A stretch of 64,000 bases of DNA from assembly GCA_044226625.1 (NCBI GenBank), contig JBGAGQ010000002.1:64001-128000 (forward strand), in the 5' to 3' direction. The translations under genes were made by a program, and so were the position numbers. The DNA is from Thermoanaerobaculia bacterium (lineage in GTDB: Bacteria > Acidobacteriota > Thermoanaerobaculia > Multivoradales > UBA5704). The notes under the pieces were generated by a model. The model did not search any database. It was not told the origin of the DNA and saw only the letters and a program-made list of their open reading frames with translations. This document shows positions 63,104 to 64,000 of this stretch, piece after piece (position 1 is the stretch's first letter; each line of letters starts with the position of its first letter).

Positions 63104-63345
63104 AGGATCGCCCGGCGATTTGGGCTCCAGCCAGCCGATTTCCAGCTCCACCAGCATCTTTGGAGTGCGACCCGGAGATTCAGAGCTCGACCGGCGAACC
63201 GGAGCACGCGGCCGGGAGATTCCGGCGCCGGGCAGGAGATTCGGCGTCGGACCGGCGATCTCGGGCGCGTCGCCGTTCGCCGCCGATCGACTCCCAGCAG
63301 ATCGGCCTGATCTCGGGACAGTGCGCTACCCGGCCGAGCCCTCCG

Positions 63346-63783
63346 CTACTTTCGGCTGATCGTGAATTTTCCGAAGCTCACGCCGAGCTCGACGCCGGTG
63401 CCGTTGCCGGCGAGGGCGAGCGAGACCTCCCCCTTGGTCACGATCTGGGACTCGGCCGACTTGCCGGCTCCCGCGGCGGCGCCGCCGGAGACGTAGGTTC
63501 CGAATAGCTCGGAGATGTCGGCGACCTCGGAGAATTTGCCGAAACCGTCGCGGACCTTGGAGCGGCCGGCGGTCAGGCCGCCTCCCTTGCCCTCCAACCG
63601 CACGTTCGCCGACTGGCCGTTGCCGCAGGTGATCGTGCCGCTTCCACGGCTCGCCTTGTAAAAGATCGACCAGCTGGTCAGGTTGAACTTCATGGTGCAA
63701 TCGGTCGCCGCCTGAGCTGCCGGAGCGAACAGGCAGGCGAGGAAGGCTGCGAGGGCGAGGGGGGTGAGGACGGTGCGTTTCAT
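63346..63783 (-). CDS. Small secreted Gly-rich beta protein (hypothetical)
   Basis: GGAG RBS, signal peptide ending AQA, Cys pair (DCTM...ITC). Confidence 0.8.
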   Translation of the reverse strand: MKRTVLTPLALAAFLACLFAPAAQAATDCTMKFNLTSWSIFYKASRGSGTITCGNGQSANVRLEGKGGGLTAGRSKVRDGFGKFSEVADISELFGTYVSGGAAAGAGKSAESQIVTKGEVSLALAGNGTGVELGVSFGKFTISRK

Positions 63784-63844
63784 TCCGAATGTCTCCTCGA
63801 AAGTTCCGATCTTGGGTGCCATGTGCGACCTTAGGGTGGCAAGA

Positions 63845-63910
63845 CGTTCCGGCGAGTGTGGCCGGAACGCGGCGTGCCGACCCTTACTGCAAACCGCTAC
63901 TGCAAACCGC
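63845..63910. repeat. Hairpin plus 13-bp tandem duplication upstream of the 63783 gene
   Basis: CGTTCCGGC-N7-GCCGGAACG (63845-63869); TACTGCAAACCGC x2 (63885-63910). Confidence 0.5.
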
Positions 63911-64000
63911 GGGCCCCGGCGGTTTCGCTCGATCCGTTAGGCCGCTCTCCGGAGCCTCGCCTTCTCACAGCCGCAGCGCGTCGCACGGATCGACTGCGGC

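Overview
High-GC (roughly 70% by eye) bacterial window. Gene content (CRTAC1/ASPIC-UnbV proteins, TPR-CHAT protease, multiheme TPR protein) suggests Acidobacteriota, e.g. Thermoanaerobaculia; this is inference. In order: a 5'-truncated ~5000-aa modular surface protein; an M12 reprolysin-like protease; a tightly coupled pair of very large uncharacterised proteins; an unannotated 59-aa double-glycine-leader Cys/Ser/Thr-rich peptide (RiPP/lanthipeptide-like precursor, below the ORF-track cutoff) just downstream of a Fe(II)/2OG dioxygenase; a Mo-oxidoreductase/pentapeptide fusion, CPCC protein and nitrilase; a TPR-CHAT (caspase-like) protease coupled to a low-GC Cys-rich partner; a CRTAC1/pentaheme-cytochrome/TPR cluster interrupted by a Het-C-like gene and a decayed mazEF-type toxin-antitoxin remnant; purC with an atypical class III cyclase-like gene; a leucyl aminopeptidase; a dual-ATPase ABC protein; and a TolC-Yip1-MacA-ATPase-2x permease export operon. 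No rRNA, tRNA, CRISPR array or intact transposase was recognised. All family assignments come from motif recognition by eye, not database searches.
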